The position numbers and the translations under genes were made by a program. A DNA stretch of 61,904 bases from Desulfobacterales bacterium. Its GTDB lineage: Bacteria; Desulfobacterota; Desulfobacteria; Desulfobacterales; UBA2156. A model generated the notes under the pieces. The model saw nothing but the letters and a program-made list of their open reading frames with translations, was not told where the DNA came from and ran no database searches. Each line of letters opens with the position of its first letter. Within the stretch, counting starts at the first letter, position 1. The stretch lies in NCBI GenBank assembly GCA_027025555.1, contig JALVQN010000211.1:1-61904 (forward strand), given 5' to 3'. Below, in pieces: positions 45,601 to 52,694 of this stretch.

Positions 45601-45902
45601 CCCACGAGGTCCTTCCCAAAGAGGAGGCCCTTTCGTGTGCCCATTGTCACCGGTCCCTCTCAAAAGCGCCCTACTGCGGCCGGTGCCACCAGGAAGCGCC
45701 GGGACAGGATTTCAAGAAGTTGGCCACCAGGGGGATCGACTTTAAGGCCCTGGCCGAGCAGGGCAAGGACGTGGCGGCGCTCATCGGGACCACCGATTAT
45801 CTCGATTTTAAGGCCCTGGGATATGCCGGGGATCCCGTCGAGACAGGGGGCCGGTTCAAGACATTGCCGTTGAGCCGCCGCCAGGTCACCGCGTTAAAAT
45901 AG
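42630..45902 (+). CDS. fusion protein: NrfD/PsrC-type polytopic membrane module plus a 13-haem periplasmic cytochrome c (tetrahaem c3-like region plus octahaem tetrathionate-reductase-like region)
   Basis: 1090 aa. The first roughly 400 aa are polytopic and NrfD-like. The remainder carries 12 CXXCH motifs and one CX3CH (CGMNCH). The central part (SHWKWRG, CTSCHIGYGW, CLVCHDTTGTYKK, HFRGGGGPGVKHG) resembles OTR-family octahaem cytochromes. Its ATG overlaps the upstream stop (ATGA). Confidence 0.85.
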   Translation: MNLHEEAAPVQEKFLTPGVMVLLGVMGVGAAFILTRFLFGIGKVANLNNQFPWGIWIGIDVASGVALAAGGFTTGAIAYVFNRDQFHAVIRPALLTAMLGYTFVVLGLVVDIGRYWNITSPVFHHNGNSVLFEVAMCVMIYLHVLYIEFIPIVVERFKGRVALPGPLAVLNGPIEALLGFADKVLSKIMWVFIIAGIVLSCLHQSSLGSLMLIAPYKVHPLWYTPILPLLFLLSAFAAGYPMVVFESILAAKSFDRRPEMEVLTPLARYMPVLMGLYLVFKLGDMVARGTYVYLLDGTYQTNSFIVEVLFGVIFPFVLLLFKRVRKSAGWLFFASTLWVLGILLNRINVFVVSYTPPYKIVSYFPALGEVFITAGLISGLMFLYRVFVFIFPVLGKQPKKMSPTALGMVIVMGVMVFNGRALGKEMDAASKRPMTLHAASVPSIKDAPKVFILESAVIKKYSDLYEPVRFMHSKHANVLGDCSICHHRMPREEGDTYGAPVKMEQLRAMKKVPVACSVCHGDPFNPRQLQVPGLKGAYHRLCMDCHKEAEQVPHVRGPVLYSAMVRGPVARTLDTRAPTDCLACHAKKVPDHTKLVTLEGQVDAQAVTKNCLSCHRAEGEALLKTSHWKWRGPSPYTIGHEKRTDLGKHSNTINNFCINLNGNWPRCTSCHIGYGWKDADFDFKDMSKIDCLVCHDTTGTYKKAPAGAGFPKKDVDLVKVAKHVGRPSRATCGMNCHFRGGGGPGVKHGELGPTLLMGTSQNDVHMGVDRKGMNFKCQDCHKTRNHMISGRSISIPASEGDLSCEYCHTDRPHIGADPVDHHLNRHTKHVACQTCHIPLYAKNAPTKIYWDWSTAGQDRKVEKDPYDMPTYHKKKGSFKWKQSAKPRYFWYNGTVKRYVLGDRINEKGVTELTKPVGSPADPASRIYPFKIHSGKQISDAVYKYLITPKLYGGFWKHWDWDKAARDGMAAAGLKYSGEYEFVDTVMYWGLTHEVLPKEEALSCAHCHRSLSKAPYCGRCHQEAPGQDFKKLATRGIDFKALAEQGKDVAALIGTTDYLDFKALGYAGDPVETGGRFKTLPLSRRQVTALK

Positions 45903-45961
45903 CTCAGACGGCACACCCCTGGGCCATTTCAGCGGTTCATTGAAAAAAAGGAGGAGACGCG

Positions 45962-46294
45962 ATGTTCAAAAAAGGGGCAATCATTTTCTTGGCAGTGTTG
46001 TTGGTGGGGGTTTACATCGGCCTGGTCTTGGCGGCCGAGAAGAAGGGGAATGATCGAAAAGGAAAGTATCTTTTCCGGAAAAATTGCCGGTCTTGCCACG
46101 TGGAAGGGGGCAGTGCAAAGGAGCTCAGCCCGGTGAGCAAGACCCAGGCCGAATGGGAGAAGGCGTTTAAGGAGTACGAAAGCCTTTCCTGCAAGGACGA
46201 GTGGCGCAAACTTTCCGATCAGGACAGACTCGACATTTTTACTTATCTTCATGAGCATGCATACGATTCGCCGTCCCCCATCAAGTGCAGTTAG
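45962..46294 (+). CDS. membrane-anchored monohaem cytochrome c
   Basis: 110 aa with an N-terminal hydrophobic helix and a single CRSCH motif. Confidence 0.7.
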   Translation: MFKKGAIIFLAVLLVGVYIGLVLAAEKKGNDRKGKYLFRKNCRSCHVEGGSAKELSPVSKTQAEWEKAFKEYESLSCKDEWRKLSDQDRLDIFTYLHEHAYDSPSPIKCS

Positions 46295-46342
46295 GCAGGG
46301 GGGCTGAAAAGGTGCTGGAAAGCGGATTCGGGGGAGATTGAC

Positions 46343-48535
46343 ATGGCCAAACGATCCCAAAGAGCGGTGAGCCGCCGGGGATTCCTGAAGGCTTCCACGG
46401 CGGCGGCCGCGGCGGTGTCCCTGGGAAGGGGAAAGGTGCTCCATGCCCTGGTACCCGCCGGGAAGGCGACGCCCAGGACAGGGCCCAAAGATGTGTATTC
46501 GGCTTGCGACATGTGTTTCAACAAATGCGGCCTGATCGCCCGGGTGGATGATTTGGGGGTGGTTCGAAAACTCGATCCCAACCCCAAATTCCACAAGTCC
46601 CGGGGGATGCTGTGTGCCCGGGGGAATGCGGGCGTCCGGCAGCTTTATGATCCGGATCGCCTGAAATATCCCCTGTTGAGGAAGGGCAAGCGGGGAGAGG
46701 GGCGCTGGCAACGCCTTTCATGGGATCAAGCCCTGGATTATGCCGCCGAAAAGCTCCAAGCCATCGGTGAGAAGTATACCCGTTGCGGTGTCCTGTTCAT
46801 GGCCGGCACCGACCTGCAATCCCAGTTTGTCCATCGATTTGCCGAGGTGTTCGGCTCATACAACGTGATTTCCCATGAAAGCAACTGTCTTTTGAGCCGA
46901 AACCGCGCTTTTTTGGATACCTTCGGGGAGGTGCCCGTCCCGGATGTTTTGAATTGTAAATATCTGATCATGGCCGGCGCCAACCGGTTTGAAGCCCTTG
47001 TGACCCCGGACAGCATCGACCTGATGACCGCCTTAAAAAAGGGGAGCAAGCTGGTGGTCCTCGATCCTCGGTTCACCAAGACCGCAGCCCTGGCCACCGA
47101 GTGGCATCCCATCCGGCCGGGGACCGACATGGCCTTTTTTTTGGCCGTGGCCCATGTGCTCATTGAAGAAGGCCTTTACGATAAAGCGTTTGTGGCCCAA
47201 AAGACCTTTGGATTCGAAAGGCTTGCCCCCCACATCAGGCAGTATCCGCCGGAATGGGCCGAAAAGGAGTGTGAGATTCCGGCAGCCCACATCCGGCGGA
47301 TCGCCAGGGAACTGGCGGCGGCGGCACCGGCGGCCATGGTCTATCCGGGAAGACGCAGTTCGGACTACGAGAATTCCACCCAGATCCGCCGTGCTTTCGC
47401 CATCGTCAACGCCCTGTTGGGGAATTGGGACCGTCCCGGGGGACTGACGGTCGCCCGCAAGGTCCCCTTGAAGAAGCCCCCCTATGATGCGCCTTTCTAT
47501 GAAGACAATCCGGACGGCCGGATCGATGAAGGCAGGTCTCTCATGATGTTCGGGGAAGAGGGGTCCTTCAAGCATGCCCGGGATGCGGTCATCGAAGGAA
47601 AGCCGTATCCGGTCAAGGGATTCTTCACGTACAAGACGAATCCCATGCAAACGGGCGCCAACCGAAAAAAGACGGTCCGCATGATCGAGACGCTCGATTT
47701 CATGCTCACCGTGGATATCGCCATGAGCGATACGGCGTGGATGGCCGACCTGGTCCTCCCGGCGCCCAGCTACCTGGAACGCCGAGATCCCGTATCGGCG
47801 TTGCAGGGAGCCTCGGCGTGCGCCTGTGTCATCACACGGGATCCGGTGGTAAAGCCCCTGTTTGAGGCCAAACCGGTGGTGTGGATCGTCGGCGAACTGG
47901 CCAAACGTTTGGGGCTGGGGGAATTTTTCGATTTTACCATGGATGCGTATCGAAAGGCCCAGTTGAAGAAGCTTCCCGGTGCCGAGGCGGCTTTGAAAAA
48001 AGACGGCGTGTACCATCACCCCGGAAAGCTCTACGGGGTCTATGAGGGCAAGCCTTTCAAGACCCTTTCCAAGAAGATCGAGTTGTACAACCAGCGTTAT
48101 GAAAAAGCCGGGATCGACCCCATGCCGGTCTATCGCCCGCCCAAACCGGTGCCCGACGGGCATTTCCGGCTGGTGGTGGGGCGCAGCGCGTATATCACCC
48201 AGGGATCGACCACCAATAATGTGCTTCTTCACGAACTCGTTCCCGAAAACACCTTGTGGCTTCACCCCAAACCGGCGCGTCGGCTCGGCATCCGACCCGG
48301 CGACTGGGTGGTGGTCTCCAGCAACGTGGGAACCCAGAGGCTGAAAGTCCGGGTCACCGAGGAAACAAGGGAAGATACGGTCTATATGGACTCAGGCTTT
48401 GGGGTCCTGTCCAAGGGCCTCACCCGCGTTTTCGGCAAAGGCGCCAGCATCGTGGAGATTCTGGAAGATTTCAATGATGAAATCTCCGGGAACATGGCCA
48501 TGCACGAGACCTTCGTCACCGTGAAACGGGGCTAA
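46343..48535 (+). CDS. TAT-exported molybdopterin oxidoreductase catalytic subunit, PsrA/PhsA/TtrA-like
   Basis: Signal peptide VSRRGFLKASTAAAAAVS. N-terminal FeS motif CDMCFNKCG...C. About 730 aa MopB architecture with a conserved Cys in HESNCLLSRN. Confidence 0.9.
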   Translation: MAKRSQRAVSRRGFLKASTAAAAAVSLGRGKVLHALVPAGKATPRTGPKDVYSACDMCFNKCGLIARVDDLGVVRKLDPNPKFHKSRGMLCARGNAGVRQLYDPDRLKYPLLRKGKRGEGRWQRLSWDQALDYAAEKLQAIGEKYTRCGVLFMAGTDLQSQFVHRFAEVFGSYNVISHESNCLLSRNRAFLDTFGEVPVPDVLNCKYLIMAGANRFEALVTPDSIDLMTALKKGSKLVVLDPRFTKTAALATEWHPIRPGTDMAFFLAVAHVLIEEGLYDKAFVAQKTFGFERLAPHIRQYPPEWAEKECEIPAAHIRRIARELAAAAPAAMVYPGRRSSDYENSTQIRRAFAIVNALLGNWDRPGGLTVARKVPLKKPPYDAPFYEDNPDGRIDEGRSLMMFGEEGSFKHARDAVIEGKPYPVKGFFTYKTNPMQTGANRKKTVRMIETLDFMLTVDIAMSDTAWMADLVLPAPSYLERRDPVSALQGASACACVITRDPVVKPLFEAKPVVWIVGELAKRLGLGEFFDFTMDAYRKAQLKKLPGAEAALKKDGVYHHPGKLYGVYEGKPFKTLSKKIELYNQRYEKAGIDPMPVYRPPKPVPDGHFRLVVGRSAYITQGSTTNNVLLHELVPENTLWLHPKPARRLGIRPGDWVVVSSNVGTQRLKVRVTEETREDTVYMDSGFGVLSKGLTRVFGKGASIVEILEDFNDEISGNMAMHETFVTVKRG

Positions 48536-48572
48536 GGCCCCCGTTCCGCATTGAAAAGGATAAGGACGGCCG

Positions 48573-49220
48573 ATGAAAAGCAAGCCTCATAAAAAATATG
48601 CCATCGTCATCGACACCTTCAAGTGTTTCGACTGCAAGGCATGCATGATCGCCTGTAAGGTGGAAAACAATGTCCCGGAGGGGTTCTGGCGGAACTGGGT
48701 CCGCCACACCGGAGGTGTCAAAGGCAGGCGCACCCAGTTTCAGCCCGGGCAGTGCATGCAGTGTGACGCACCTTCCTGTGTGGCGGCCTGCCCGGTGGGG
48801 GCCACCTATAAACAGGAAGACGGTCTGGTGGTCATCGATCCGGCAAAGTGTATCGGGTGCGGCAACTGTGTGACGGCATGCCCTTATGGGGCGCGCTACA
48901 GGAATCCCCTCAGCCATACGGCCGACAAGTGCGACTTTTGTGAACACCGCCTCAAACGGGGGGAAGAACCGGCCTGTGTGATCACCTGTCCCACCAAGGC
49001 CCGCATTTTCGGAGACCTCAACGATCCTGAAAGCCGGGTCAGCCGGTTGATGAAAGAGGAACGGCTGGTCCAGGTGATCAATCCCGTGTTCGATACCCGA
49101 CCGAACATCTATTATTGGGCCGGAACCCGCCTTCTGGACTGGCCCAAAATCCCCACCCTGCCGGGCGGGGTTCACATGCCGAAGGCGTTCTGGAAGACTC
49201 CCATGGAAGAACGGACCTGA
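48573..49220 (+). CDS. 4Fe-4S dicluster electron-transfer subunit, PsrB/PhsB-like
   Basis: Cys clusters CFDCKACMIAC, CMQCDAPSCVAAC, CIGCGNCVTAC and CDFC...CVITC. 215 aa. Confidence 0.9.
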   Translation: MKSKPHKKYAIVIDTFKCFDCKACMIACKVENNVPEGFWRNWVRHTGGVKGRRTQFQPGQCMQCDAPSCVAACPVGATYKQEDGLVVIDPAKCIGCGNCVTACPYGARYRNPLSHTADKCDFCEHRLKRGEEPACVITCPTKARIFGDLNDPESRVSRLMKEERLVQVINPVFDTRPNIYYWAGTRLLDWPKIPTLPGGVHMPKAFWKTPMEERT

Positions 49221-49257
49221 GCCGGACCACAACCCTAAAAAGAAAGGAGCTTACGTC

Positions 49258-50388
49258 ATGAGACGATGGAAAGGCACCCTTTGGCTGCCGCTGGCGGCCC
49301 TGGTGGTGGGCGCATTGCTCATGGGGTGCGCCGCCCCCCAAAAGACGGCAACCCCGGCAAAAGCAAAGCCCGAGTGGTGGTTCCACGACACGGTGAACAT
49401 CGACTTCGTGAAACAGTATGCCGTGATGCCCCAACCCAAGGGTGTCATGATCGTCGATGCCCGGCCGAAAAGGGCCAAGTACGACAAGGGGCACATTCCC
49501 ACGGCCGTCAGCATTCCGGCCAGGCAGTTCGACAAGTTCAAGGATCGGCTGCCCAAGGATAAGAAGACCCTTTTGATCTTCTACTGCGGGGGCCCCACCT
49601 GAAAGCTGAGTCATCAGGCCGCCAGGAAGGCGGTCAAGCTGGGATACACCCAGGTCAAGGTCTTTGCCGACGGTTTTCCGGCCTGGGAAAAAGACCCTGA
49701 AACCTATACGGTCGTGGAAATCAGTTGGCTTTTGGAAAAGATGAAAGCCAGGGTCCCCATGACCCTCGTCGATGCCCGGCCCAAGCGCGCCAAATATGAC
49801 AAGGGCCATATCCCGGGTGCCGTCAGCATTCCGGCCAGGCAGTTCGACAAGTTCAAGGATCGGCTGCCCAAAGACAAGAAAGCCCTCTTGGTCTTTTATT
49901 GCGGAGGCTATACCTGAAAGCTGAGTCATCAGGCCGCCAGGAAGGCGGTCAAGCTGGGATACACCCAGGTCAAGGTCTTTGCCGCCGGATACCCGGCATG
50001 GAAGAAGGCGGCGGCTGCAACGGCCGCCCCCGCACCGGTTACGATTAAAACCGGCACCGCCGAGGGCACCATTGACATCGCCTCTTTCGAAAAGATCCTG
50101 TCGGAAAATCCCAACAGCATCTATCTCATCGATGTCCGGGATCCGGAGGAATACAAGGCGGGCCATTTCAAGACGGCCGTCAATATTCCCGTGGATGATC
50201 TGGAAAAACAGATCAAGACACTGGCTGCGGACAAACCCATCGTCTTTGTTTGCGCCACCGGCGCCAGGAGCGGCGAATCCTTTTACATGGTTAAGGATCT
50301 TCGCCCTGATATCAAGGAGGTCTATTTCCTGGATGCCGAAGTGACCTATAACAAAGACGGATCCTATCGCATCAAAGCGCCCCAGTGA
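49258..50388 (+). CDS. periplasmic lipoprotein with three rhodanese domains; two in-frame TGA codons (49600, 49915) interpreted as selenocysteine
   Basis: AAAGGAG RBS and an LLMGC lipobox. ORF-track pieces 49258..49602, 49714..49917 and 50191..50388 share one frame. No other stops lie between them. Domains 1 and 2 read FYCGG(P/Y)T-TGA-KLSHQAARKAVKLGY. Domain 3 has an ordinary CATGARS loop. Confidence 0.7.
49617..49635 (+). other. candidate bacterial SECIS hairpin 1
   Basis: GGCCGCC-AGGAA-GGCGGTC (7-bp stem including one G-U pair) begins 14 nt after the TGA at 49600-49602. It lies inside a 73-nt stretch (49597-49669) that is repeated exactly. Confidence 0.45.
49932..49950 (+). other. candidate bacterial SECIS hairpin 2
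   Basis: Identical hairpin 14 nt after the TGA at 49915-49917. It lies inside 49912-49984, the exact copy of 49597-49669. Confidence 0.45.
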
Positions 50389-50424
50389 GGTATGAGGTCT
50401 GCCTCCCTCATTCCTCCCTTCCCA

Positions 50425-50462
50425 CCGAGACCCCTGGTCCGATCCGGTACCCGGGGTCTCGG
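50425..50462. terminator. 10-bp GC-rich hairpin between convergent genes
   Basis: CCGAGACCCC (50425-50434) pairs with GGGGTCTCGG (50453-50462). No clear T-tract. Sits between the rhodanese stop (50388) and the TorD-like stop (50489). Confidence 0.35.
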
Positions 50463-50488
50463 CCCTCCCCTGATCCTTTTCGGATCGC

Positions 50489-51160
50489 TCACGGGAGGTC
50501 GGTAGCGTTTGCAGGCGTGACAGCCGAAATAAACTGTAAAAAGGACAGAAGGATTGAGGCGGACAATCCATAGAAGGGACAGCCCGTTTCTCCTTCATTG
50601 AGTCTTGCAGTGACGACCGAAACCCATGGCAATAAGGCGCTCCGGGTAAAGGCTGCGGCTTCTTCCAGAAGATCCCCCCGGGAGCTCATCCATCCCTGCT
50701 CCAGGAGAAAGTAGAGATACTCCAGCTGGATGCACAGGTGGTCGGGCGGTTCCGTGCGGTCCTGGGCCACATCCAGCCCGGCCCCGGCCAGCCGTTTCTT
50801 CATTTCCACGGCCGGAGGTCCCATCATCAAGGCCTCTTCGCCCTCGTAACAAGAAGCGTACAGATAAGCGGAAAGAGGCCCCTTCCGATTCACGAAGAGC
50901 CGGACATAGGCCTCTTCCAAGTGCCCGAAGAGTAAATCAGGCTCTGAAAAGGCGTGGATTTCCTGTTGCGCGAGAGAAACGGCGTCGCGGGGAGAATAGG
51001 GGATATCGGCCTTCAACCGCACAAAGGGCGCCCACCAGCGGGAATCCAGGAGTGCTTTGCAAAAAAAGGGGTCAGGCCCCCAGAAGACGGCGCACATCTT
51101 GGAGAGGCCATCGAGGAAATCGGAGGGTCCTCCGGGAGTGGAAAAGCGTGCCTTTTTCAT
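50489..51160 (-). CDS. TorD/DmsD-family redox-enzyme maturation chaperone
   Basis: 223 aa. Family-like segments (EAYVRLFVN, PPDHLCIQLEYLYFLL). Convergent with the molybdoenzyme operon. Confidence 0.75.
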   Translation of the reverse strand: MKKARFSTPGGPSDFLDGLSKMCAVFWGPDPFFCKALLDSRWWAPFVRLKADIPYSPRDAVSLAQQEIHAFSEPDLLFGHLEEAYVRLFVNRKGPLSAYLYASCYEGEEALMMGPPAVEMKKRLAGAGLDVAQDRTEPPDHLCIQLEYLYFLLEQGWMSSRGDLLEEAAAFTRSALLPWVSVVTARLNEGETGCPFYGLSASILLSFLQFISAVTPANATDLP

Positions 51161-51172
51161 CCTCCATGCGTT

Positions 51173-51460
51173 TCAGTGGAAATTGCCTTCTGAATAAGAG
51201 CGGGCGACCCGGTCCATATATTCCTGGAGGGAATCAAAGACCAGGTATTGTTCGATGCGGTCCCAGGCGATGGCCGTCGACACGCCGGAGGCCCAGTCGT
51301 TGGGCGTGGTGCCTTCGGCGATGCGTCCCACCATGAAGATTTTATCGCCCTGGATCTGAAAGGCCACGTCTTCAAGGACCACGCTCTCCTCGGAAGTCCG
51401 GCTGCCAAGATAAATCAAGACGATTTTTTCTGAAAGATCCGGAAAATAGAATTCGTTCAA
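51173..51460 (-). CDS. hypothetical protein, co-oriented upstream of the TorD-like gene
   Basis: About 95 aa from a TTG behind a GGAGGGGGG RBS (the ORF-track ATG at 51487 lacks an RBS). No recognisable motif. Stop lies 12 nt before the TorD-like start. Confidence 0.45.
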   Translation of the reverse strand: MNEFYFPDLSEKIVLIYLGSRTSEESVVLEDVAFQIQGDKIFMVGRIAEGTTPNDWASGVSTAIAWDRIEQYLVFDSLQEYMDRVARSYSEGNFH

Positions 51461-51668
51461 TGTCCCCCCTCCATGGGCTGGACGCATTGGGAAAGGCCCT
51501 TTGCCTCCAGGCCCGTCTTGTCGGGTATGGAAGTCCCTGTCCCTTCATGGATATGGCGCCGCCGGACGCCATGGCCTCCATTCATACACCCGCGGCCGCG
51601 GTGTTGACAACATCAAATCATCGGCCGGCACAGGCCTTAAAGGTTGAGAATCGGGCGGGCCGGGAAGC

Positions 51669-52358
51669 TCAATCCACCAGTTGGATCAGGGTTTCCGGGG
51701 TTCCCGGCGGGCCGTTGACGCCCTTGTACTGGAGGAAAACGCCGTCTGAGCGTCTGAACCAATAGTGGGCGCGCCACAACTTTTCGAGGAGCCCGGTCAG
51801 GGTGATCCGGACTTTGTTGGCCAGGACGCGCCGGCCGCCCACCGTGATGGCCTCCGGCTCCAATCGACAGGCTTTGAGCCGAAGGAGTTTCAAGGTATCG
51901 GGCCGGATCATCCAGAAGGTGTCCTCCGCCTTCCCGGTGGCGGCCATGTGCCCCAGGGCGTTGGGGGCCGCCTGGTACCAGGAGAGCTCCCCCACGGACA
52001 CCCGTTTGTCAATGGGGCGCCCTTTGAAGGTCCCGGTGAGGTGAATCGTGTCTTTATTGCGCTTGGCCGTGATCCGGGTGTGGGTGTTGATGAATTGCCA
52101 CTGGAAGGTCTGGCCGGCGCTGTTGCATACGGTGATGAAGGTATTTTCCGGCTCCATGACCCGCACCGTCATCGGGTCTTGATGATCTTCCTCCCGAATG
52201 TAGTGAAAGGTCTCCTTTCCCTCAGTCTGCCGGTAGCGATGCCGTTTCAGGCGGGTTCCGCCGGCCCGGCCGGCGGAAAAAAGCACGCCGGCAACGGCCA
52301 TGAGGCACAGAAGTGCTCCTGTTTCCCGTAAAAAGAAAATCTTTCCCTTTTTTCTCAT
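51669..52358 (-). CDS. hypothetical exported/membrane-anchored protein
   Basis: Start at MRKKGKIFFL, followed by a hydrophobic helix (ALLCLMAVAGVLF). No recognised domain. Confidence 0.5.
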   Translation of the reverse strand: MRKKGKIFFLRETGALLCLMAVAGVLFSAGRAGGTRLKRHRYRQTEGKETFHYIREEDHQDPMTVRVMEPENTFITVCNSAGQTFQWQFINTHTRITAKRNKDTIHLTGTFKGRPIDKRVSVGELSWYQAAPNALGHMAATGKAEDTFWMIRPDTLKLLRLKACRLEPEAITVGGRRVLANKVRITLTGLLEKLWRAHYWFRRSDGVFLQYKGVNGPPGTPETLIQLVD

Positions 52359-52694
52359 TGACCCGAAATCCTTATACCAGGTCAAAAACGTATTTTTGAA
52401 CCGGTCTGAAGCCCGTATTTTTTTCTCTTGGAGTCATTTTGGGAGCTTATATCCTCTTTGGGGGGACAGATCAACCCTGAAAGGGCCGCCTGGAGCGCGA
52501 AAAAATGCAGAATCGGCACCGGCATGTTCCCCACAAGCATAAAAATACCGTTAAAAAGTGTCACACTTCAATTGACATGGAAAAGTGCCGGTACTAAGGA
52601 GCCTGAGAGTCTCGATTTTAATTGACGAGGAAGGCTTTCAAACCGGTTTTGAAGGCGTCCATTGAGCGCCCCTTTGGAACAGACAGGAAAACCG

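Noticed and set aside
42570-45650. A 1026-aa ORF on the minus strand.
   Set aside because: It is antisense to the NrfD-multihaem fusion gene. The plus-strand frame has 13 haem motifs and TM helices, whereas the minus-strand frame is Gly/His/Pro/Arg-rich without recognisable domains.
49600-49917. Reading the two TGAs as genuine stops, giving three small rhodanese fragment genes or a pseudogene.
   Set aside because: Both TGAs sit at the same catalytic-loop position of duplicated domains. The frame is otherwise intact for 376 codons. The downstream pieces lack RBS and ATG contexts. An identical hairpin-containing 73-nt stretch follows each TGA. Recoding is more parsimonious, although it still needs the sel genes to be confirmed.
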